DNA of 38,716 nucleotides from a virus (taxonomy: Duplodnaviria > Caudoviricetes), in the IMG/VR virus record IMGVR_UViG_3300017770_000042, positions 1 to 38,716 of that record, one strand, 5' to 3'. Below, piece by piece: positions 17,711-25,891 of this stretch (positions are counted from its first letter, which is position 1; each line of letters opens with the position of its first letter). The translations under genes and the position numbers were made by a program. Under the pieces are notes generated by a model. It saw only the letters and a list, made by a program, of their open reading frames with translations. It searched no databases and was not told the DNA's origin.

Positions 17711-18039
17711 TATATTACACCTTTTTCAAAGTTAGAAAATAAACCTACATACTTTCTGGTTTTATCATTCCTATTATTAGTAACAATTATATTTTCTGCG
17801 TTAACCTTTAAATACTTGTTACGTTCCATAGTAGGTAAAGAAGGTATAAATGTTTTATTTCCTGCATTACCTAAAAAATAATATTTAGATTTTAAACCAA
17901 AATGTAACCCTAGTGATTGCTTACCTCTAGTTATACCGTATCTTTTTTTATAAACTCTTGAAGGTTTTTCGAATACCCTTCTTGCTTTGATTAAAGATAA
18001 TATTTCGATTAATGATATTTTATTATTATTGTTTTTCAT
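17710..18039 (-). CDS. Hypothetical basic protein, probably the first gene of the genome
   Basis: Likely ATG at 18039 (MKNNNNK); very K/R-rich. Confidence 0.6.
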   Translation of the reverse strand: MKNNNNKISLIEILSLIKARRVFEKPSRVYKKRYGITRGKQSLGLHFGLKSKYYFLGNAGNKTFIPSLPTMERNKYLKVNAENIIVTNNRNDKTRKYVGLFSNFEKGVI

Positions 18040-18089
18040 AGTTTTAGACTTTCTAAAATACTTAACATTATTGTTAAGCAAGGTTATTG

Positions 18090-18108
18090 CTAACCTTCTA
18101 AAACCTTG
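18090..18108. repeat. Arm of long-range inverted repeat (partner 17349-17367)
   Basis: 19/19 match, 22/23 when extended. Confidence 0.9.
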
Positions 18109-18185
18109 AATAATTCACCAACGATGAGAAGCAGATAGATTAAAAAAGTAAACAAATGAAATTTAAATAATAATCTAGTCTTATA

Positions 18186-18214
18186 TAAATAATCTTTTTT
18201 TATGTTTAATTCAA
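18186..18214 (-). promoter_or_regulatory. Candidate host sigma70 early promoter
   Basis: TTGAAT-N17-TATTTA with AT-rich upstream element; the AT-rich background weakens specificity. Confidence 0.35.
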
Positions 18215-18489
18215 GTTATTTATAATTTATTTTAAACTTAAAGATTAATGAAGGTTTATTAATTAGAAAAAAATAGACCAAAAGAAAGACAAAGCTAAAG
18301 AAAAAAACTAAAAGATAACCATTAATAATAGTAATAGGTTATTTAATCTCATGGTAAACCAGTCATTCCTTAATATTTAATGGAATAATACGCAATATTA
18401 ATAGACAATACCCTACTACCCTCTTGATTTTTTAAAGGCTTGGCTAGGTCGAATGGGGTAAATTGGCAGCAGCATCTACGTATAAGCCC

Positions 18490-18625
18490 CTCAGATTTTT
18501 TTAGTAAAACTAAAGGCTCATTTCAAGCCTCACCTAAAGTAACACCTAAAGTAATACTTAAAGAAATGACATATCCCTATTACCTATATACTACCTATAT
18601 AGTTATACTATAGTTATACTATAGT
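18490..18625. repeat. Genome-end/packaging region with short repeats (T7 SRR-like)
   Basis: CACCTAAAGTAA x2 plus degenerate third (18531-63), TACCTATATA x2, TAGTTATACTA x2; minus-strand AAAAATCTGAG at 18490-18500. Confidence 0.7.
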
Positions 18626-18641
18626 GGGGTTTACCCCCCTA

Positions 18642-18660
18642 TCTATGTGAGGGGGTATTA
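18642..18660 (-). promoter_or_regulatory. Phage RNAP promoter, phiOR-like (packaging/replication)
   Basis: TAATACCCCCTCACATAGA just after the terminase stop, pointing into the end repeats. Confidence 0.8.
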
Positions 18661-18664
18661 ATTG

Positions 18665-20341
18665 TTATGGTCTATCTCTACCTTCATACAGGTTAGTCCA
18701 GTTGTCTGTATTACCTTTCTTACCCATAGCTGCTTCCATGAATCTGTCTAACTCTTCTTCTAACAGTTCGTTCTTATGGTCTTGTACAGCCATGTCTATG
18801 TCTCTATCCATAGTTTCAATCCAGTAAGCTACAGCTATACTTAAAGCATCTAACCTATCGTCATGTATAAGTGCACCTCTGTCACGTGTAAGTCTGGTAA
18901 GTTGATAGAAAAGTTTATACTTTAGTTCTGTCTCAGAGTTGTAGTCATCAAGTATTACCCTCTCATCTACTACAAGCCTGTGTTGATTGAGCATAGGTTC
19001 TAATGTATCAATGATACGTTTCTCTTTTTGAACATTGTGTCTAACTTCTTCTATACTTACAGGATGCTTCTTAGCTAAAACAGGCTTTAATAATTGTGTA
19101 AACATTCCGTCTCCGAAGTTGCTTTCTACAATTATTTTGTTGACGTTCTGCGACTTGGCTACGTGAGTCAAGACTGCCAGAGAATCCTCTTGATAACCAT
19201 TCTTCGTCCCACCACATGCTGTCAGATATAGTTGACCTTTCATCATCTTGACTACTGCGTAAGCTGTTTCGTCCTTTCCTCGTCCTGCAGGGTCTATGCT
19301 CATCACACTTCCGTCCCAGACAGCAGTCTCTGGGGATATCGTCATAGGATTGCACCAATAGTCTCCTTTTAATCCAATGTTAGGTAAATGCTTACATCCA
19401 TCTAGTTGTTCTTTGCCTGATGCCCATTGTAGTTTTACTGGGACTTCAGACCATGTAGAACAGCCAGACATAACCATAAGGTCATTTAGCTTTAAAGGAT
19501 ACTTATTGGCATCAGAGAGGCTTACATCAAGCATAAACTGTAATGCAAATCCTGACTTACCATAAGATGCTTCTCGTTCTAGTAGGTCATCATCATCAAA
19601 TCTTAATGGGTCTGTAGGTTTTCCTTCGTGTCCTTCTTTATCAGCAATGACAGGTGCTAGTTTTCTACCCATAGCTACCTTTAGTCGGTCATCAGGAAAC
19701 CTAGAAGTCCATATTCTAGTTTTATATCCACGTTCATCTAGTAAGTTATAGATGGACATTTCTGTTTGTGGTGTACCTAAGAACACAATACGTCCTTTAG
19801 GTTTTATAATAGCTTCAAATTCTTTAATAGTTTCTGCTAACTTGTCTCTCATCATTTGTGTCATAGAGTTGTTAGCTGACTCAACGTCATCTGCAATAAT
19901 TAAATCAGCACGACTTCCTGTTAACTGTCCAGTTACCCCTAGAGACTTCACAGACGGTGCGTGAGAGGCTTTAGCAGGTGCGACATCAAATGATATCTTA
20001 GACATTCTTTGTCCATCCTTGGGTCTTAAATGGGCAAGAAGAGGCATCTCATGTATTAACCTTAATGTAAAGGTACTAAAGTCATCTGCTCTAGTCTTTG
20101 ATGCTGACACCACAAGTATATTCATTTGTGGATTTAGAAATAATTGGTGACAAACATAAGCAGATGTAATCCACGACTTTCCTACACCTCGAAATGCTTC
20201 TATGACTTCACGTCTTTCGTTGGTGTTCTGTAGATAATCTGCTATGTCGTATTGTATTGGTGTTGGGTCTGGTAGGTTTAGATGCTTCCATGCCATATAC
20301 AGGAAGTTCTTAAAATCTTTTACCATGCTTTGCAACTCCAA
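18665..20341 (-). CDS. Terminase large subunit, T7 gp19-like
   Basis: AFRGVGKSW, TGSRADLIIADDVE, LGTPQTE, IDPAGRGKDET, ESNFGDGMF, HDDRLDAL. Confidence 0.97.
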   Translation of the reverse strand: MELQSMVKDFKNFLYMAWKHLNLPDPTPIQYDIADYLQNTNERREVIEAFRGVGKSWITSAYVCHQLFLNPQMNILVVSASKTRADDFSTFTLRLIHEMPLLAHLRPKDGQRMSKISFDVAPAKASHAPSVKSLGVTGQLTGSRADLIIADDVESANNSMTQMMRDKLAETIKEFEAIIKPKGRIVFLGTPQTEMSIYNLLDERGYKTRIWTSRFPDDRLKVAMGRKLAPVIADKEGHEGKPTDPLRFDDDDLLEREASYGKSGFALQFMLDVSLSDANKYPLKLNDLMVMSGCSTWSEVPVKLQWASGKEQLDGCKHLPNIGLKGDYWCNPMTISPETAVWDGSVMSIDPAGRGKDETAYAVVKMMKGQLYLTACGGTKNGYQEDSLAVLTHVAKSQNVNKIIVESNFGDGMFTQLLKPVLAKKHPVSIEEVRHNVQKEKRIIDTLEPMLNQHRLVVDERVILDDYNSETELKYKLFYQLTRLTRDRGALIHDDRLDALSIAVAYWIETMDRDIDMAVQDHKNELLEEELDRFMEAAMGKKGNTDNWTNLYEGRDRP

Positions 20342-20577
20342 TAACGTGCTGATGTTTTATCTTTGGCTGTAGAGCAGTTGTGTCTAGCACGAAAACTTTT
20401 TCTGTTAGAAGGTTGATTCTTTTTGATGCTCATATTAGGGTCACCAAACATAACCTTCTTAACTTTACCGTTGTTCATTACGTAGACTTTAGATTTCTTT
20501 CTACCATAACCTGCTTCACCTTTGCCTATCCTAGATGGTTTACCTATGGATACACTTGCTCCTCCATATGTAGCCAT
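20320..20577 (-). CDS. Small basic hypothetical protein
   Basis: KKVMFGDPNMSIKK...RKSFRARHNC...ARYWSCKAW; a type I recall from aquatic phages. Confidence 0.75.
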   Translation of the reverse strand: MATYGGASVSIGKPSRIGKGEAGYGRKKSKVYVMNNGKVKKVMFGDPNMSIKKNQPSNRKSFRARHNCSTAKDKTSARYWSCKAW

Positions 20578-20579
20578 GA

Positions 20580-20714
20580 CTAAGACTTCTTAGCTTTTTT
20601 CTTTGGAAACCCTGCCTTCATGTTTGCGTAGGCTTTTGGTGATACTGTTGATTTTGACTTAGGACGAGATGTCCCTGCCTTTTTTCTTTTGTTCATATTG
20701 TCATATAGTGACAT
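20580..20714 (-). CDS. Small highly basic protein (44 aa), not in ORF track
   Basis: MSLYDNMNKRKKAGTSRPKSKSTVSPKAYANMKAGFPKKKAKKS; GGGAG RBS. Confidence 0.75.
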   Translation of the reverse strand: MSLYDNMNKRKKAGTSRPKSKSTVSPKAYANMKAGFPKKKAKKS

Positions 20715-20884
20715 CTGTTCTCCCACTTCTTTTTTCTAATTTTTGTGTTGGTTAAAATATCTAGTGCTTCTCTATCATCTGCTTGTTGCCATTTAGCAAT
20801 CTCTGAGGCTGTCCTAAAACATCCTGTGCAATATCCGAAGTCTGGATTTACGTGACATTTCTGGGTGCATGGACTGTTAATCAT
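20693..20884 (-). CDS. DUF1289-family Cys-rich protein
   Basis: SPCTQKC...YCTGCFRT.SEI..W motif. Confidence 0.8.
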   Translation of the reverse strand: MINSPCTQKCHVNPDFGYCTGCFRTASEIAKWQQADDREALDILTNTKIRKKKWENRCHYMTI

Positions 20885-21099
20885 TGTACTGAATCAAGTT
20901 CCTCATCAAATGGTAAATCTTTTAGTATCTGCTGCATGACATTATCGTCAGTAGGCAATGCTGTCATGTCATTGTCTTTTAGGAATTGTCTAACTACATT
21001 CATTTCACTAGCCTTAGACTCTGGGTCACGTACTGTTTCCAAAAGTTTATATGCTAGTTCTTCATGTAGTTGTTCCATTAGCTTCTTCATTTTTGACAT
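20881..21099 (-). CDS. Terminase small subunit, T7 gp18-like
   Basis: LHEELA..LL...ASEMNVVRQFLKDN...LPF. Confidence 0.85.
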   Translation of the reverse strand: MSKMKKLMEQLHEELAYKLLETVRDPESKASEMNVVRQFLKDNDMTALPTDDNVMQQILKDLPFDEELDSVQ

Positions 21100-21224
21100 T
21101 TACATGACTCCTTCTTCTCTTTCATACGGTACACAATGTTTATACCTGTATTAACAAAAACACCTATTACTGTTAGGGTCTGTAGAAACAACCCAATTAA
21201 AACTAAATCTATTACTGTCTCCAT
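21087..21224 (-). CDS. Small membrane protein (45 aa), not in ORF track
   Basis: METVIDLVLIGLFLQTLTVIGVFVNTGINIVYRMKEKKESCKCQK; hydrophobic helix plus basic tail; abuts the holin stop. Confidence 0.6.
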   Translation of the reverse strand: METVIDLVLIGLFLQTLTVIGVFVNTGINIVYRMKEKKESCKCQK

Positions 21225-21605
21225 TTATTTTTTTCCAAACATCTTTGTTGCACCTTTGATTCCAAATGAAGCCGACACTATGACTCCTAAAGTGTACTGA
21301 AACCATACTGGTGTTTGCTCTAGTGCCATAAACCCTCTTTCTACATACTCAACTGTCCAAGGCAAGAAGCATAGTAGTAAGGGTATGCTAAACAAAATTG
21401 TTAAATACTCGTCTTTCCATGAGTCCTTTGAACCCTTTATGGCTTCTACATCCCAAGCAATTTCACCTGTGATTTGTTTTTCCATTAAGGATGTTTCTGC
21501 TTCTATCTTAACTAGCTTTTGTTTTGCTTTGGCTTTCTTAGTTTCTACATAACCATCAACAGCACTTCCTGCTAGTCCTAATAGACCTGTTAGTATTTGT
21601 ATCAT
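21225..21605 (-). CDS. Putative holin (3TM, GTA-release-like)
   Basis: Hydrophobic N-terminus, SWKDEYLTILFSIPL, P.WFQYTLGVIVSASFG. Confidence 0.65.
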   Translation of the reverse strand: MIQILTGLLGLAGSAVDGYVETKKAKAKQKLVKIEAETSLMEKQITGEIAWDVEAIKGSKDSWKDEYLTILFSIPLLLCFLPWTVEYVERGFMALEQTPVWFQYTLGVIVSASFGIKGATKMFGKK

Positions 21606-21808
21606 GTGAACTTACCTTTTCTTAATTGAATACATTTGTACATTATAGCTTTCATATCTTTTAGTTCTTGTGCAATATCTTTACGCATCTCATAAACTCT
21701 TTCGATACATTGCTGTTCTGTATCTAGTTTGTACATAGTGTCCTCGAATGTAATACACATCTTTGGGTTTGCTATGGCACAAGCTACAACTAATGCTTTA
21801 AACATCAT
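21602..21808 (-). CDS. Hypothetical secreted/Cys-containing protein
   Basis: 68 aa; hydrophobic N-terminus with Cys; overlapping start/stop with neighbours. Confidence 0.65.
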   Translation of the reverse strand: MMFKALVVACAIANPKMCITFEDTMYKLDTEQQCIERVYEMRKDIAQELKDMKAIMYKCIQLRKGKFT

Positions 21809-22257
21809 AATGTTCCTTGTAAAAATTTAATCCAAGTAATCATTCCTATACCACCTAATATTAAGATAATAGTTACGACAGTTATGGTTAGGTTTCTTTC
21901 TTTTATCTTTTGTTGTATAGCTAATTCTTTTTTGATTCTGGCTCTTTCTGAAGCTATTTCAGACTGTAATCTTTCCCATTGCCCAGGTTTTCCATATAGA
22001 AGGAACATAGAACGCAATTCGTTTCTCATGTCATCTAGCTGTTCTTTCTTGAAATGTTTTTCTATGGCTGAATCTTCTGCGAAGGAGAACCTACTGTTCT
22101 TTTTTTGGGTTTCTGCGAATTGAAGGTGGGCTTCACCTTGGGCATATTTTCCCACAGCATGAGAAAGTGAACTCAAATCTTTTCCAATTTGTATAGCTTT
22201 CATAATTGTATTGTGCCCTGCAGTAATTGCAGCGAAAGCAGAAATTGGGTCTATCAT
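21805..22257 (-). CDS. Hypothetical protein with C-terminal TM helix
   Basis: MIDPISAFAA start, coiled coil, C-terminal hydrophobic helix. Confidence 0.75.
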   Translation of the reverse strand: MIDPISAFAAITAGHNTIMKAIQIGKDLSSLSHAVGKYAQGEAHLQFAETQKKNSRFSFAEDSAIEKHFKKEQLDDMRNELRSMFLLYGKPGQWERLQSEIASERARIKKELAIQQKIKERNLTITVVTIILILGGIGMITWIKFLQGTL

Positions 22258-22269
22258 TTAGCTAACTTT

Positions 22270-22464
22270 CTATTTCATAATTATACTTATCATAAGGGCA
22301 ACTACAGTTATAGTACTTGCCATTATCATTGCTTCTATTCTCCACATACGTTTATCAAGTGCTACAAGTTTGTCATCTACCATTTTATAACGTAAGGCAC
22401 ACTCCTTCTCGTGGGCATCAAGTTCTAGTTGTACTTGGAGTTCAGGCTTTAGTTCCATTTTCAT
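22270..22464 (-). CDS. Small coiled-coil/TM protein (holin-like or XhlA-like)
   Basis: HEKECALRY...coiled coil plus C-terminal TM. Confidence 0.6.
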   Translation of the reverse strand: MKMELKPELQVQLELDAHEKECALRYKMVDDKLVALDKRMWRIEAMIMASTITVVALMISIIMK

Positions 22465-22967
22465 TACTGTTTAATCTCCTGAGCAGTAATTGTGTGTTTT
22501 GCTCCACCATACCATTTTAAATAAAGGGAAGTTGCTGAGTCAGTTGAACCCCCTGCTATTCTAGTTTGCACTTTATATGTTTGAGAACTTATTGATGAAG
22601 GAGAAAAATAACCATGAAAAGTATCATGCAAACTTAAATTACCACTTACTTGATTATCTGTTCCTATGTAACGACCTTCAAAAGCTATTTCACTAGCATC
22701 ATTATTTATTAATCTTATATCATATCTAGCTGCCGTTGTGCTTGCTGACTTTGAAACTGCAATATTTGTAGACACAAAAACTAAAATCTTACTACTAGTT
22801 GAAGTTGGAGTTATATTTATTGATAATCCATTATCTGTATAACTTGTTAATGAACTTGCAGCAATCCATGGATTAGCACCATCCATTGTATTGTGAACAA
22901 CTTGCAACACACTCCCAACTGGAAGCCTATCAATGACACTTGCTGAATTTAATTTGGTGAGTGGCAT
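22464..22967 (-). CDS. Tail-fibre array module (beta-sandwich, class B)
   Basis: GSVLQVV, SINITPTSTSSKILV, TYKVQ, ITAQEI; paralog of 22969-23544. Confidence 0.65.
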   Translation of the reverse strand: MPLTKLNSASVIDRLPVGSVLQVVHNTMDGANPWIAASSLTSYTDNGLSINITPTSTSSKILVFVSTNIAVSKSASTTAARYDIRLINNDASEIAFEGRYIGTDNQVSGNLSLHDTFHGYFSPSSISSQTYKVQTRIAGGSTDSATSLYLKWYGGAKHTITAQEIKQ

Positions 22968-22968
22968 A

Positions 22969-23544
22969 TTATCCTCCTATCTCTTGTGCTATTAATATGG
23001 ATATACCTCTTTCAAAACCAGTTGTATCACTATCATTAACTGTTCTATTAAGATACAGTACAGTATTTCCACTACTATTTTGAAAAGATACAGTATAAGT
23101 AATGGCTGACGTTGTATTAGGGCTATCATAATAATAATAATTAGCTACATCAGGAGTACTAGCAGCATCATTATCCCAATAACCCATAGCAGTCTGTCCA
23201 ATACCACTTCTTCTGTTTCCTACAATAGGTGGTGCAAGTTTTGTACTGTCTCTATAAAAACTCCATAAAGTTGAATTATTTCCTGCATGATTAATTTCGT
23301 GAAATACACATGCAGTAAGCAGTATCTTAGAGTTAACTGACTTTGGTGTAATGCTTAATGATAAATGACTAGTTGAATCTCCTGCATTAGAAGCTAACAT
23401 TATCATGTCATTTGTGCCACTTTGTGTAAAACTTGTAGCACCATCTTCTTGTTGAACTATTGTTTGAAGAGTATGACCTTTAATATAAGGAGTGCCAGAA
23501 CCACTAGCATCTTGGAGGGTGTCTACTTTAAGAATTGATGTCAT
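22969..23544 (-). CDS. Tail-fibre array module (class B)
   Basis: MTSILKVDTLQ leader; SITPKSVNSKILL, DSPNTTSAITY, IAQEIGG. Confidence 0.65.
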   Translation of the reverse strand: MTSILKVDTLQDASGSGTPYIKGHTLQTIVQQEDGATSFTQSGTNDMIMLASNAGDSTSHLSLSITPKSVNSKILLTACVFHEINHAGNNSTLWSFYRDSTKLAPPIVGNRRSGIGQTAMGYWDNDAASTPDVANYYYYDSPNTTSAITYTVSFQNSSGNTVLYLNRTVNDSDTTGFERGISILIAQEIGG

Positions 23545-23555
23545 TTGTTATCCTC

Positions 23556-24119
23556 CTATACTGACGGACATAGTTTAATAAATTGAACAAAAGTAGAGGC
23601 TGAACCTGAACCAGTTGTCTGAACAATCACATTACTAGCAGTATTAGTTTCAAATTTTATTTTTTGATTAGATGTATTTGTTATATTAACAATGTAATTA
23701 ATTACAAGATTACTATAAGTGCCATTTGCATAAATGTTTGTATATGCTGACCTTACATTAGTATAACTAGAATTATTTTCAGTTTGAAATATTTGTATAC
23801 CTGCCCAAGGAACAGCACCAGTTGCATGGATATTGAATTGTATACTTGCACTCCAAACACCAGTAGATGGGAAAGTCCAAATACCACTACTCTCACTCAT
23901 GCCACCATTCTTATTTGGCAATAAACCACTAGTTTGTCTAGCCCACCCACTCAATACTGTTGCATTAGCTATTGATGCATTTGTTGTACCATAATCCCAA
24001 ACTTCTATTACACTATTAAAAGGGTCAGAGGTAAATGTAGTTGCACCACCACTACTAATAGTCATAGCATTTGTGCCGTTTGTGTGTGCTATGTTTTGCA
24101 CACCTAGTTTACTACTCAT
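23556..24119 (-). CDS. Tail-fibre array module (C1q/TNF-like)
   Basis: MSSKLGVQNI leader; ESSGIWTFPSTGVW. Confidence 0.65.
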   Translation of the reverse strand: MSSKLGVQNIAHTNGTNAMTISSGGATTFTSDPFNSVIEVWDYGTTNASIANATVLSGWARQTSGLLPNKNGGMSESSGIWTFPSTGVWSASIQFNIHATGAVPWAGIQIFQTENNSSYTNVRSAYTNIYANGTYSNLVINYIVNITNTSNQKIKFETNTASNVIVQTTGSGSASTFVQFIKLCPSV

Positions 24120-24132
24120 GATGATGCTCCTA

Positions 24133-24618
24133 TCATATTAAATAACCACTAAAAAATGATGCCCTTTCAGGAGAACTTCCTTCATACACATTTGCATTAG
24201 CACTAGCTGACCAAACATATAACTGTACTGTATCAGCTGAATTAAGTTTTATTGAAATACTTCCCCCTGCACCATGTGGATTTTGTGCAGTAGGAACTCC
24301 TACTGAAGCAAATCTGTATTTATTTACACCATTAATATAAAGCCTAGTATTTGCTTGGCTTGTAGTATAAACATACAACCAATGGTTAAATTGATATAAC
24401 CCTGAGACTGGGCAAGTAAATGTATAATTTGATGTATTATAATGACCACCAGTATTATCGTCTGTTTCGTTAAATTCAACTATTTCATTTGTTGCAGTAG
24501 CTAGAGGTTGAAGACCTGAAGTCAATCTATGTGCTAAAAATGATGGTCTATTAGGATTAGAAGTAATTATACCACCAGTAGTCTTAGGCTGTATTTCGTC
24601 AACGAATAATTTAGACAA
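24133..24618 (-). CDS. Tail-fibre array module (C1q-like)
   Basis: MSKLFVDEI leader; YNTSNYTFTCPVSGLYQF; ends FSGYLI. Confidence 0.7.
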   Translation of the reverse strand: MSKLFVDEIQPKTTGGIITSNPNRPSFLAHRLTSGLQPLATATNEIVEFNETDDNTGGHYNTSNYTFTCPVSGLYQFNHWLYVYTTSQANTRLYINGVNKYRFASVGVPTAQNPHGAGGSISIKLNSADTVQLYVWSASANANVYEGSSPERASFFSGYLI

Positions 24619-25084
24619 TGGTCAATACTCCATTTACTGTTAATGTTCTGCTTGTGGGAATGGTGTAGTCTCCTGCAACCATGGCTCTTTCTCCACTAGC
24701 TATTGTTACGTCATCAGTAGCTTGACTACCATTAATCCTTATGCCGTCTTTATAGACAGACGATGAGAACTTATCTGCACTTACTGAACCATCTGTAGGC
24801 ACAACTGAGTTGCCAACTTCTCCTAAAGCCAAGATATAATCTATTGTATCTGCTGTAGTTAAGTCTTCTGCAAACTGTATACTTGAACCTGATACTGTAT
24901 AGGCATCATTAGGTGCTTGAGTAACACCATTGACTGATACGATTAGTTGCTCTGCTGTTGCAGGGAAGAAAGCTGCTGAACCTTTAGTTAAAGGGTAAGT
25001 GTCTGTTAAACTATTTGCCCCTGCACTAATGGCTGTCAGCTTAGTGAATTGCCCTGTGAGGGGTTGTTTTCCTATGTAGGGCAT
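24611..25084 (-). CDS. Tail-fibre array adaptor-like module
   Basis: MPYIGKQP, VSVNGVTQAP..AYTVSGS, VPTDGSVS, C-terminal AMVAGDYTI...TLTVNGVLTIV. Confidence 0.65.
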   Translation of the reverse strand: MPYIGKQPLTGQFTKLTAISAGANSLTDTYPLTKGSAAFFPATAEQLIVSVNGVTQAPNDAYTVSGSSIQFAEDLTTADTIDYILALGEVGNSVVPTDGSVSADKFSSSVYKDGIRINGSQATDDVTIASGERAMVAGDYTIPTSRTLTVNGVLTIV

Positions 25085-25087
25085 GGC

Positions 25088-25363
25088 TTACTCCTTTGGG
25101 TGCTTGTCTTTAATAGCTTTGATAGTTGTTTTCCAACCATCTATGCCATTGTGATACAAGTCATCTAATTGATTTGCTATTGTTGGGTATTCAGTTGCTC
25201 TACTTCTAGCATAGGCTTTGGCTTCCCATTCTGCTTTTAGAGTAGCCATATGCTTTGTTCTTTTAGTTTTATTGTCATAATCAGACTGACCAAACCTAGA
25301 AACTATTTCTTTCCAAACAGAACTGTGTTCGTTATCCCATGTTTTTAATTCTAAATAATTCAT
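25088..25363 (-). CDS. Putative tail-fibre assembly chaperone
   Basis: YARSRATEYPTIANQLDDLYH...IKAIKDKHPK pattern typical of small fibre-adjacent proteins. Confidence 0.55.
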   Translation of the reverse strand: MNYLELKTWDNEHSSVWKEIVSRFGQSDYDNKTKRTKHMATLKAEWEAKAYARSRATEYPTIANQLDDLYHNGIDGWKTTIKAIKDKHPKE

Positions 25364-25372
25364 AATAATCTC

Positions 25373-25888
25373 CTATGCCAAACGGCAACCTCCCCATTGA
25401 GAACGACCCTTATAATAATCTGACTGTTCAGCCGTAACTACTGCCATAGTATCTCCGCTTGTTAAGGGAAGAATAATGGAAGCTGTTTGAATATGGTCAG
25501 CAGTACCTACACCAGAAAAACTTATGTATTTATTATTTGTTGTTAATGAAAAGTTTAGTTTTGTAGAATTTTTTAAGAATGTAAAACCGTTTGCTGCTTC
25601 ATTTTCAGCTGTATATACTGAAAACCAAAACGTATAAACACCAGTAGCAGGGGCTGTAAATTTATAAGTTGAAGTGTTATAAACCCCATCTGTATCAAAA
25701 CAATCTCCAGTAGAAACATCATTAAAAAGAAGAATAGTTCCATCAGCAACTGTTGATTGCCAAGCTGCAACACTTGTTCTTGCACAAAATGCATTACTTC
25801 CTGCGACACTAGTACCACTTACAGTTCCACTAAATGCATAGGTGTCTGCTAAGTTCATTGACTCAGCTTGTATTTTACTTAATGCCAT
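25373..25888 (-). CDS. Tail-fibre array module (C1q-like)
   Basis: MALSKI leader; YNTSTYKFTAPATGVYTF; LTSGDTM. Confidence 0.7.
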   Translation of the reverse strand: MALSKIQAESMNLADTYAFSGTVSGTSVAGSNAFCARTSVAAWQSTVADGTILLFNDVSTGDCFDTDGVYNTSTYKFTAPATGVYTFWFSVYTAENEAANGFTFLKNSTKLNFSLTTNNKYISFSGVGTADHIQTASIILPLTSGDTMAVVTAEQSDYYKGRSQWGGCRLA

Positions 25889-25891
25889 TCT

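Noticed and set aside
18531-18625. CRISPR-like mini-array
   Set aside because: Repeats are 10-12 bp and directly tandem without spacers; consistent with T7-type end repeats.
6079-25818. Nested alternative-frame minus ORFs (6079, 8224, 9262, 11364, 12537, 19071, 25573)
   Set aside because: Embedded in conserved genes with no recognisable motifs; no lipoprotein signal suggesting an embedded spanin was evident.
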